Shown here: piece by piece, positions 28,756 through 37,588 of the stretch
How positions within the stretch are numbered: position 1 is the first letter of the stretch
How the letters are laid out: the number at the start of each line of letters is the position of its first letter
Made by a program: the position numbers and the translations under genes
The notes under the pieces: generated by a model
Databases searched by the model: none
What the model was told of the DNA's origin: nothing
The model's input: the letters and a program-made list of their open reading frames with translations, nothing else
Sequence record: DRR723986_4151
DNA length: 64,000 nucleotides
Reading direction: 5' to 3' (one strand)

Positions 28756-30047
28756 CACATTCAGAAGACAAAATTGCGATCATAGGATTAGGTTATGTCG
28801 GATTGCCCCTTGCTGTAGAATTTGCAAAACAATTTTTTGTAGTTGGTTTTGACATTAATAAGCAGCGAATCAACGAGTTAAATTCCGGATTAGATAAAAC
28901 TTTAGAGGTTGATAATGATAATTTGAAATCTGTTTTAACGACAGATTTAAATTCGGAAAAAGGATTATTTATAACAGATGACCTAGACGCACTTCGAGTT
29001 GCAAATGTTTACATCATAACTGTGCCGACACCAACAGATGCTTTAAATAAGCCAGTGTTTACACCATTAATAAAGGCTAGTGAAACAGTTGGTAAGGCAA
29101 TGAGCAAAGGTGACATTGTTGTTTATGAATCAACAGTTTATCCTGGTGCTACAGAAGATATTTGTATTCCTGTTGTAGAAAATACGTCTGGTTTAAAATA
29201 CAATGTAGATTTTTATGCTGGTTATTCACCAGAACGAATAAATCCAGGTGACAAGAAACATACCGTTACTAAAATATTAAAAGTAACATCAGGTTCTACA
29301 CCTGAAGTTGCAGAAAAGGTTGATCAACTTTATAAAAAAGTTATTACAGCGGGTACTCATTTAGCACCTTCAATAAAAGTCGCTGAAGCCGCCAAAGTAA
29401 TTGAAAACTCTCAGAGAGATATAAATATTGCCTTTGTTAATGAGTTATCTAAAATTTTTAGATTGCTAGATATAGATACCAAGGCAGTCTTGGAAGCTGC
29501 GGGAACTAAATGGAATTTCTTAAAATTCACTCCAGGATTGGTTGGTGGTCATTGTATAGGTGTAGACCCTTATTATTTAGCACAGAAAGCCATTGAATCT
29601 GGTTATAATCCTGAAATCATCTTAGCTGGTCGAAAAATGAATGACAGTATGGGTAGTTATGTAGCTACGGAAACTGTGAAGATGATGATTAATAAAGGTG
29701 CTACAATTAAAGGATCTAAAGCATTGGTTTTAGGGATTACTTTTAAAGAAAATTGTCCAGATATTAGAAATTCAAGAGTTATAGATATTATCGAAGAATT
29801 AGAGTCGTATCATGTAAATGTAGATGTATATGATCCGTGGGCTTCAAAAGAGGAAGTTAAACATGAATATGGTTTTGACTTAATAACTGAATTTAATGAT
29901 TTGGCATCAGATTATGATTCTATAATTTTAGCAGTATCACACAAAGAATTCTTAAATCTCGAATTAAATAATTTAAAATCACAAACAGGTGTTATTTTTG
30001 ATGTAAAATCTTTACTTCCAAGTGATACCGTAGACGCACGATTATAA
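28752..30047 (+). CDS. UDP-N-acetylhexosamine 6-dehydrogenase (TviB/WbpO-like)
   Basis: GLGYVGLP, ESTVYPG, YSPERINPGD, GGHCIGVDP, FKENCPD. Confidence 0.92.
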   Translation: MTHSEDKIAIIGLGYVGLPLAVEFAKQFFVVGFDINKQRINELNSGLDKTLEVDNDNLKSVLTTDLNSEKGLFITDDLDALRVANVYIITVPTPTDALNKPVFTPLIKASETVGKAMSKGDIVVYESTVYPGATEDICIPVVENTSGLKYNVDFYAGYSPERINPGDKKHTVTKILKVTSGSTPEVAEKVDQLYKKVITAGTHLAPSIKVAEAAKVIENSQRDINIAFVNELSKIFRLLDIDTKAVLEAAGTKWNFLKFTPGLVGGHCIGVDPYYLAQKAIESGYNPEIILAGRKMNDSMGSYVATETVKMMINKGATIKGSKALVLGITFKENCPDIRNSRVIDIIEELESYHVNVDVYDPWASKEEVKHEYGFDLITEFNDLASDYDSIILAVSHKEFLNLELNNLKSQTGVIFDVKSLLPSDTVDARL

Positions 30048-31024
30048 TGTACTCAAATCAATACCATTCAAAAGATCTTTCAAAATTAAGTTTTTTAGTT
30101 ACTGGAGGAGGAGGCTTCATAGGCTCAAATATTGTTGAATATTTATTAAAATATAACGCAAAGAAAGTAAGAGTACTAGATAATTTCTCAAACGGTTATA
30201 GAGAAAATTTATCTGAGCTTGAAGATAATCCAGCTTTTGAATTGTTAGAGGGAGACATAAGAGATCTCGAAACTTGCAAAAAAGCTATGGAAGATATCGA
30301 TTATGTATCTCACCAAGCGGCATTAGGCTCAGTGCCTAGATCAATTAACGATCCGACTACAACTAATGATGTTAATATTTCTGGGTTTTTAAATATGATG
30401 ATTGCATTAAAGGATAGTCCAACTGTTAAACGTATGGTTTATGCAGCATCAAGTTCTACTTATGGTGATAGCAAGAACTTACCAAAAGTTGAAAATACTA
30501 TTGGTAAACCATTATCTCCTTATGCTGTGACAAAGTACGTGAATGAGTTGTACGCTGATGTATTTGGTACCACCTATGATACAGATGTTATTGGATTACG
30601 TTACTTCAATGTTTTTGGGCCAAAACAAAGTCCAAATGGAGCATATGCAGCTGTAATTCCTTTATTTATGCAAGCCTTAAAGGATAATGAGCCATCTAAA
30701 ATTAATGGAGATGGTGAGCAGACCAGAGATTTTACTTTTGTAGATAATGCCGTACAAGCTAATGTAAGAGGATTTTTCGCATCGAAAGAAGCAAAAAACG
30801 AAGTCTTTAATGTGGCTTGTGGTGAACGAATTTCTGTAAATTATCTATGGGAATCTCTAAGACTAGCTGCAAATTCTGAATTGAAAGCAATTTATGGTCC
30901 ACCAAGACAAGGTGATGTTAGAGATTCTTTAGCAGACATTTCTAAAGCAGAAAGGCTTTTAGGCTATAAACCTCAGTACACAGTGAGAGAAGGTCTTAAA
31001 ATAACATGGGATTACTTTAACTAA
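30047..31024 (+). CDS. UDP-GlcNAc(A) C4 epimerase (TviC/WbpP-like)
   Basis: TGGGGFIG, HQAALGSVPRSI, PLSPYAVTKYVNE, YAAVIP. Confidence 0.92.
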   Translation: MYSNQYHSKDLSKLSFLVTGGGGFIGSNIVEYLLKYNAKKVRVLDNFSNGYRENLSELEDNPAFELLEGDIRDLETCKKAMEDIDYVSHQAALGSVPRSINDPTTTNDVNISGFLNMMIALKDSPTVKRMVYAASSSTYGDSKNLPKVENTIGKPLSPYAVTKYVNELYADVFGTTYDTDVIGLRYFNVFGPKQSPNGAYAAVIPLFMQALKDNEPSKINGDGEQTRDFTFVDNAVQANVRGFFASKEAKNEVFNVACGERISVNYLWESLRLAANSELKAIYGPPRQGDVRDSLADISKAERLLGYKPQYTVREGLKITWDYFN

Positions 31025-31095
31025 CAATACTGTTAGATTTTTTTCATTTGAATACCTAATATTTGGTATATTGCATTTGACTAAATCTAACTAAA

Positions 31096-31962
31096 TTGAA
31101 TACCAATAATGAAGATAATTGGCTATATGTTATCTCTAGTAAGAGAAAACTTATAGACCTTAACTTCAAAGAAATATGGCAGTATAGAGACTTATTGTTT
31201 TTGTTTGTTAAACGAGATATTGTAACCTTATACAAACAAACTATACTTGGGCCTTTATGGTATTTAATTCAACCACTTTTTACTTCCGTAGTATTTACAT
31301 TAGTATTTAATAACTTAGGTGATATTAAAACAGGTGGTATTCCTCCTTTTTTATTCAACTTGGTCGGTATCACTGCATGGAATTACTTCAAGGACTGTTT
31401 AAACAATACATCAAATACTTTTACTAAAAATCAGAATATTTTTGGGAAAGTTTATTTTCCAAGAGTGATTCTACCAATGTCTGTGACAATTTCGAATCTC
31501 TTAAAATTTGGAATACAATTATTGATTTTTGTTGGGTTTTATATCTATTATAATGCATCGGGTTTTGATTTTGGTATCAATAACAACCTATTGCTGTTTC
31601 CGGTTTATGTAATTATGATGGGATTACTTGGCTTAGGGTTTGGTATGATCTTTTCATCGCTTACCACCAAGTATAGGGATTTATCTGTACTACTCACTTT
31701 TGCTGTGCAATTATTAATGTATTTATCAGCTGTCCCTTATCCGTTATCAGAAGCGAATGCTAAATTTCCAACTTTGGTTGCAAAGATTGTAGAGTATAAT
31801 CCTTTAACACAGATAATTGAAGGCTTTAGATATATGTTATTAAATACAGGATCTTTTGACTTAAATAAATTTGTTTATACTTTAATCTTGAGTATAGTTA
31901 TCTTTTTATTTGGGTTAATTATATTTAATAGAACCGAAAAACAGTTTGTAGATACCGTATAA
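31096..31962 (+). CDS. wzm: Polysaccharide ABC transporter permease
   Basis: YKQTILGPLW, KVYFPR, KYRD, NPLTQIIEGFR. Confidence 0.93.
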   Translation: MNTNNEDNWLYVISSKRKLIDLNFKEIWQYRDLLFLFVKRDIVTLYKQTILGPLWYLIQPLFTSVVFTLVFNNLGDIKTGGIPPFLFNLVGITAWNYFKDCLNNTSNTFTKNQNIFGKVYFPRVILPMSVTISNLLKFGIQLLIFVGFYIYYNASGFDFGINNNLLLFPVYVIMMGLLGLGFGMIFSSLTTKYRDLSVLLTFAVQLLMYLSAVPYPLSEANAKFPTLVAKIVEYNPLTQIIEGFRYMLLNTGSFDLNKFVYTLILSIVIFLFGLIIFNRTEKQFVDTV

Positions 31963-31963
31963 T

Positions 31964-33253
31964 ATGTCAGATATCATACTTAAGGCAGAAAATATTAGTA
32001 AACAATATCGACTTGGATTGGTAGGTACTGGTACTTTGAGTCATGACTTAAAACGGTGGTTTTATAAAGTAAGAGGTAAGGAAGATCCATATCTAAAAAT
32101 TGGAGATACCAACGATAGAAGTCAAAAAGCAGATAGCGATTATGTTTGGGCTATCAAAGACGTCAATTTTGAAGTAAAGCGTGGAGAGGTACTCGGAATA
32201 ATTGGTAAAAATGGTGCGGGTAAATCTACATTACTAAAAATTCTATCGCGTGTTACAAGCCCGACAACTGGTGAAATTAAAACAAAGGGTAGAATAGCAT
32301 CTTTATTAGAGATTGGTACTGGTTTTCATCCAGAATTAACAGGAAAAGAGAACATTTATCTGAATGGTGCTATTTTAGGTATGACCAAGGCAGAAATAAA
32401 AGCCAAAGAACAAGAGATTATTGAATTTTCAGGTTGTATGCGCTATATAGACACTCCGGTAAAACGATATAGTTCTGGTATGCGAGTTCGACTTGCTTTT
32501 GCGGTAGCTGCATTTTTAGAACCAGATATTTTGGTAGTGGATGAGGTGTTGGCTGTTGGTGATGCAGAGTTTCAGAAAAAAGCTATTGGCAAAATGCAAG
32601 ATATCTCAAAAGGAGATGGACGAACCGTGTTGTTTGTAAGTCATAATATGGCTGCTGTTCAAGATTTATGTACAAGGGTGATAGTGCTAGAACGTGGAAA
32701 AACTGTTTTTGAAGGTGAAACACAAAAAGGGATAGATTATTACTTAAACAATAGTGAAGTTTCTAAAGGATTTATAGATTTTGATATAAAGCATAATGTA
32801 TTTAAGTCTAAGTTTAAGCGCTTCGAAATTTTAAATACTTCACATGGTATTACATCAAATTTCAACTCAGGGGAAAAGATGGTGTTTAGAACACATATAA
32901 AGGTAACACAAGAGTTAAGGAACCCAATTTTTAGTCTAAGAATAAGTGATGCTAACAATATTAGTATTATTGCCTGGCGCAGTAATGATTATGTAAATGA
33001 GCCATTGAATAAAAACATAAATGATAACTTTATTATAGAGATTGAAACCAAAAATCTATTTCTTTTAGATAGTGTTTATAAATTATCTATAAGTTTGTTA
33101 GATGGTAAAGAGCTATTGGATTATGCAGATAAGTTCATTTCTTTTGAAATATTGCCAGATAAACCGAATAATAAATTCAAGTCAATCACAAAGAAAAAAG
33201 GTTATAATGGTTTGATATTTAATGAGGGTATATGGAATATTAGCTATTCTTAA
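31964..33253 (+). CDS. wzt: Polysaccharide ABC transporter ATPase with C-terminal Wzt_C-like domain
   Basis: GKNGAGKST, YSSGMRVRLAF, DEVLAVGD; ~165 aa beta-rich C-terminal extension. Confidence 0.93.
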   Translation: MSDIILKAENISKQYRLGLVGTGTLSHDLKRWFYKVRGKEDPYLKIGDTNDRSQKADSDYVWAIKDVNFEVKRGEVLGIIGKNGAGKSTLLKILSRVTSPTTGEIKTKGRIASLLEIGTGFHPELTGKENIYLNGAILGMTKAEIKAKEQEIIEFSGCMRYIDTPVKRYSSGMRVRLAFAVAAFLEPDILVVDEVLAVGDAEFQKKAIGKMQDISKGDGRTVLFVSHNMAAVQDLCTRVIVLERGKTVFEGETQKGIDYYLNNSEVSKGFIDFDIKHNVFKSKFKRFEILNTSHGITSNFNSGEKMVFRTHIKVTQELRNPIFSLRISDANNISIIAWRSNDYVNEPLNKNINDNFIIEIETKNLFLLDSVYKLSISLLDGKELLDYADKFISFEILPDKPNNKFKSITKKKGYNGLIFNEGIWNISYS

Positions 33254-33303
33254 TTACAAATTCTTTTGAGATGAAAATTAATCAAATTTAATCATTATAA
33301 TAA

Positions 33304-34074
33304 ATGAATGTTTGTATAGTATCAGGACGTTATCCAGAGACACATTTTAAATCTTATATAAATCATAAGATTTATGCAGATCAACATGGTTATACTTATA
33401 TTCATTGCAATTGGCCAACAACTAACTCTAACACTTATTATAATAAAGTAACCTATATTTTAAGTTACTTAGACCATTACGATTATATTGTTTGGATAGA
33501 TGATGATGCTTTTTTTTATGATTTAAAAAAAGACATTATGGAGTATGCTCCAAAAGTCGACAATTTTATATCTTTTTGTAAAAGTCCTACGTTTAAAGAC
33601 ATAAAAACAGTTTTAAGTTCAGGTCAATTTGTGGTTAAAAGCAGTGAGCTTTCCAAACAATTCTTTAAAGATGTATTAAATACTAATCTCAATAAGGTAA
33701 GGGCATGGTGGAAAGATGAACTTGGTTTTTTTTCCAATGGTGACCAAGATGCCATGATTTATTTGCTTCTAGAGAATGAGGAGTATAAGAATAAAATGGA
33801 TTTATACGATTATCAACATTTTAACAGCAGATATGAGAATCTCTTTACAGAAGATTTACATAAACCATTTGTGCTCCACTTTACTGGTAGAGGGCCTACA
33901 AAGCAGGCTAATTTAAAAGCAGTACAATCTCACTTTAATCTTCATCCTTCACTAGTTGAAAATTCAATTTTAAAGAATTATAATATAAAAATTCAAGATG
34001 ATTATCAGGTAGCTAAACAGAAGAGAAGTCTAAAAACTAAATTATTGAAGGTAAAAGATAGACTGAAAAAATGA
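33304..34074 (+). CDS. GT-A glycosyltransferase, GT34 (Mnn10/GMA12)-like
   Basis: YADQHGY, YNK, YDYIVWIDDDA (DxD), SGQFVVK, DQDAM, FNS, LHFTG. Confidence 0.7.
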   Translation: MNVCIVSGRYPETHFKSYINHKIYADQHGYTYIHCNWPTTNSNTYYNKVTYILSYLDHYDYIVWIDDDAFFYDLKKDIMEYAPKVDNFISFCKSPTFKDIKTVLSSGQFVVKSSELSKQFFKDVLNTNLNKVRAWWKDELGFFSNGDQDAMIYLLLENEEYKNKMDLYDYQHFNSRYENLFTEDLHKPFVLHFTGRGPTKQANLKAVQSHFNLHPSLVENSILKNYNIKIQDDYQVAKQKRSLKTKLLKVKDRLKK

Positions 34075-34961
34075 TAAATGCATTAAAAAAATACAAGGCA
34101 TATCATTTGTCACCTAAGGTTTTAGCATTCTTAAGTAAATATAAATATACCTTTAACCCTAGTTTAGTAATACATGATGAAGTAAACTATTTAGCGATAA
34201 GAGTTTATGATGATTTATCAGAATCAATTTTAGCGTTACTACTCATATGGCAAGATGATAAGGAGGGGACTACCACTATTAATTTAACCGAATTTTTTAG
34301 AGAAAAATTAAACTTTTCTAAAGTAGCAGATCCCAAATTATTCTTAATGGAAGGTCAAGTGCATGGCTCTTTTAATACGAGTCATGCAACAGATAAACCA
34401 AACGAATTAGCATTATTTAAGCTTAATGGATTTAAAATAGAAAACTATTATTTGTGTTATTATAGTGAGAGATTGCGTACAGAAAAAAATTGGTCATTTT
34501 TTTATAAAAACCAAACCCTGTTTGCGCTCTACAGTTTAGAACCATTAACTATTTTAAAGGCAGAAGCTATTAATAAACACCAAATAGTATTTAAAAAATA
34601 CTTTGAGGACAAAACACAGAATTATAAAGACCATTCTATAGCTACACCATTAATAGAATTAGAAAATGGTTTTGGGTTTATGGCTCATAAGAAATACTAT
34701 CGAAAAAGAAAACGTCTTTATCTAGGAAAACCTTGTTTTCTTTATGTTGAGAATGGGTTTAAACTAAAGGTAAGACGTCAGTTTTATTTTCATTCATATA
34801 AATCTTTGCTTGGTGAAAAGTTTAAGTTTAATAAGAATTTAATTTCTTGTACATATTTTTCAGGTATATGCAGAAGGAAAGATAACCTAATTTTAGGTTA
34901 TGGTATCAACGATATTGATTGGAATATTGTTGTATTAAATAAAAACAAATTATGGCATTAA
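34071..34961 (+). CDS. Putative five-bladed beta-propeller glycoside phosphorylase/transferase (GH130/GT91/GT108-like)
   Basis: FNPSL, DPKL, EKNW, TPLI, YFSG...LGYGIND in GH130-like order. Confidence 0.55.
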   Translation: MINALKKYKAYHLSPKVLAFLSKYKYTFNPSLVIHDEVNYLAIRVYDDLSESILALLLIWQDDKEGTTTINLTEFFREKLNFSKVADPKLFLMEGQVHGSFNTSHATDKPNELALFKLNGFKIENYYLCYYSERLRTEKNWSFFYKNQTLFALYSLEPLTILKAEAINKHQIVFKKYFEDKTQNYKDHSIATPLIELENGFGFMAHKKYYRKRKRLYLGKPCFLYVENGFKLKVRRQFYFHSYKSLLGEKFKFNKNLISCTYFSGICRRKDNLILGYGINDIDWNIVVLNKNKLWH

Positions 34962-35788
34962 GAACATATTATTGGGAGCGCAGAAATGCTAACCTTTTAA
35001 AATATTACAAGAACAAATTTAAGCATCCTGAAAGATTTTATTTTAGGTATGGTAATGCTGGTGATATGTTTAACGCAGACTTAATTAAATACTTATACAA
35101 AACCGAGCCTGTAAATATTTTAGAAGAAGGCAATAGGTTACTTTTAATAGGCTCTATAATTAATCACCTAAAAGAGGGTGATATAGTTAATGGTATTGGG
35201 TGGAAGGGTAATGATGTTTCTCATTTATCCTCAGAAATAGCTTCTTCTAAAGTTTATGGTGTTAGAGGTCCCTTAACAAAATCGTTATTCGAAAAATATA
35301 ATGCAGACTTATCAGAATTAAAATTTGAATATGATCCAGGGCTTTTAATCAAGGAAGTTTACGATATTGATTTGAAAAAAAGTGAAGATAAATATGTGAG
35401 TTTTATACCTCATTTTAGAGATGAATTGGTTTATAAAGGAAAGTATCCAAAGAACATAAAAGTTATAAAAATTGACGATAAGCCTTATAACATTGCAAAG
35501 AAGATTTTAAAGTCTAAAATTGTCTACGCATCATCTCTCCATGGTATTATTTTTAGCCATGCATTAAATAAACCATGCGTATTTGTGAAGCCACAATCAC
35601 ATGAACCTATTTTCAAGTATAGGGATTATTTTTTGTCTGTTGGTATTCCAATGCCTGAACCAATAAAAGATATTTATTCAATTAATTACAGGCTTGATAA
35701 ACAATCAATATTAAGCAATGATATTGGTATTGAGGATTTTTATTTTCCTAATTTAGACACACTAAAAGAAAAAGGATTGGTAGGCTAG
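34952..35788 (+). CDS. Polysaccharide pyruvyl transferase family protein
   Basis: GNAGD, IGSI, GVRGPLT, DPGLL, IPH, SSLHGIIFSHA, FKYRDY. Confidence 0.85.
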   Translation: MALRTYYWERRNANLLKYYKNKFKHPERFYFRYGNAGDMFNADLIKYLYKTEPVNILEEGNRLLLIGSIINHLKEGDIVNGIGWKGNDVSHLSSEIASSKVYGVRGPLTKSLFEKYNADLSELKFEYDPGLLIKEVYDIDLKKSEDKYVSFIPHFRDELVYKGKYPKNIKVIKIDDKPYNIAKKILKSKIVYASSLHGIIFSHALNKPCVFVKPQSHEPIFKYRDYFLSVGIPMPEPIKDIYSINYRLDKQSILSNDIGIEDFYFPNLDTLKEKGLVG

Positions 35789-35798
35789 TAATTTAAAA

Positions 35799-36818
35799 AT
35801 GGGCCAAAAAATATACTATATTAATAGATACAGCTCTTCAAAGAGAAAACAAATAAGAGAAAATTCTGGCTATGAGCAAATTATCAAATACTCAAATAAG
35901 TTTGTATCAGTAAAATCGAATAAATTTATTAGTAGATTGATAATTAAGCTTTTTGGTAAAAACAAACCTGCTGATTACATTACAATTACAGCATGGCAAG
36001 AAATAGTTATTTTTTTTAAAAGCTTGTTTACAGGTTACCCAATATTTTACCTTTATGCAGATAAAGATGCGTTTATACTACCATTATTAAAGCGAAAATT
36101 TAATGTTAAAAGAATTAAGGTTTATGGGACATTACACTGGCCAAAAGAAATTAGTAGTAACTATGCATTTTACAAGTTTAATTTAGAATCTGAATTTAAT
36201 GGTGTAATAACACTATCTTCATCATTATCAAAGAGTTTATCAACGCGTTCTCAAATTATTCCACATGGAATAAATAGTGGTTTTTGGAGAAATGATACTA
36301 TTGAATCTTATGATAACTATTATTTAATTATTGGTATAAGTAATAGAAACCACCAAAAACAAATAGATATCATCAAAGAGGTTATAGTTATTGATTCAAA
36401 CGCTCATTTTAAAGTCTTAATTAGTCATAAGGAAACCAGAGAATTATATTCTGGTATTAAAAACGTTAAAATTATTGATCAAAGGATAGATGATCAGGAT
36501 TTAAAAAAATTATATTTAAGCGCAAAAGCAATTATTTTATTTCAAAATTATTGTTTAGCATCAAATGTAGTTTTAGAAGCAATGGCCATGGGAATTCCTT
36601 TAATAACTAATAATGTAGGTGATGTAAGCGAATATTTAGGAAGTGGATATGATCTTTATATAAATTCTAACAATGACTTTAATAAATTAGAGCAAATTAT
36701 AAAATCAGATAAATATAGGTATCAAATTTCGGAGTATTTGCTTAAGAGAATAGATCAATATAATTGGCCTGAGATTGCTACACAGACTACAAACTTTATT
36801 AATAATTGTAATGACTAA
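35799..36818 (+). CDS. GT4 (GT-B) glycosyltransferase
   Basis: IPHGI, SNVVLEAMAMGIPLITNNVG. Confidence 0.85.
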   Translation: MGQKIYYINRYSSSKRKQIRENSGYEQIIKYSNKFVSVKSNKFISRLIIKLFGKNKPADYITITAWQEIVIFFKSLFTGYPIFYLYADKDAFILPLLKRKFNVKRIKVYGTLHWPKEISSNYAFYKFNLESEFNGVITLSSSLSKSLSTRSQIIPHGINSGFWRNDTIESYDNYYLIIGISNRNHQKQIDIIKEVIVIDSNAHFKVLISHKETRELYSGIKNVKIIDQRIDDQDLKKLYLSAKAIILFQNYCLASNVVLEAMAMGIPLITNNVGDVSEYLGSGYDLYINSNNDFNKLEQIIKSDKYRYQISEYLLKRIDQYNWPEIATQTTNFINNCND

Positions 36819-36833
36819 AACTCCCTATTAAAT

Positions 36834-37586
36834 TTGAATAATAAATTAACAGAACAGAAATATTGGGAAAATTATTATAAAAAGGGCTATGCTAAAAAAA
36901 AGCATATCATTGATGTCTGCTCTTATTATGACAAATTCTGGGATATTTTAATAGATAATAAAAGTGATAATAAAAAAACCTTAATCGAAATAGGAGGATA
37001 TCCAGGTCGTTATTTAGCATACCTATCAAATAAATATAAAGTAAAACCTACATGTCTCGATTATAATTCTGATGAGTCTGAAATTAAAAAAGTCTTCGAT
37101 GTAATGGAAATAGAGGAATACTTTATATTAAATGAAGATTTTACCGTATTTGAACCACTTGAAAAGTATGATTTTGTAATTTCAAATGGGTTCATTGAGC
37201 ATTTTACTGACTTTGATACAATATTGGATAAACATGTTCATTATTTAAAAGAAGATGGTAAGATGTTAATTATGATTCCTAATATGCGAGGATACATTAA
37301 GTTTTATAAATACTTGGTAGATTGGAAAAATCTAAAATTACACAACCTTGAATGCATGAAGTTAAAGGTTTTTAGAGATTTTGCTAAAAGGAATAATTTA
37401 AATATAGAGTTTCTTGGCTACTATGGTGAATTTCCATTTAATGTACATCAGAAACTAAATTTTGTTCAAAAAATCATTTTTAAAACGCATCGTATTCTAT
37501 TCAAAAAAATTATCAACTCATTCCTTTTAAAGTCCCCATCACATTATTTTTCATCTTCAATAGTTGCAATATTTGAAAAATCGTAA
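36834..37586 (+). CDS. Class I SAM-dependent methyltransferase
   Basis: IEIGGYPG, YDFVISNGFIEHF, LKEDGKMLIMIPN. Confidence 0.85.
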   Translation: MNNKLTEQKYWENYYKKGYAKKKHIIDVCSYYDKFWDILIDNKSDNKKTLIEIGGYPGRYLAYLSNKYKVKPTCLDYNSDESEIKKVFDVMEIEEYFILNEDFTVFEPLEKYDFVISNGFIEHFTDFDTILDKHVHYLKEDGKMLIMIPNMRGYIKFYKYLVDWKNLKLHNLECMKLKVFRDFAKRNNLNIEFLGYYGEFPFNVHQKLNFVQKIIFKTHRILFKKIINSFLLKSPSHYFSSSIVAIFEKS

Positions 37587-37588
37587 TT

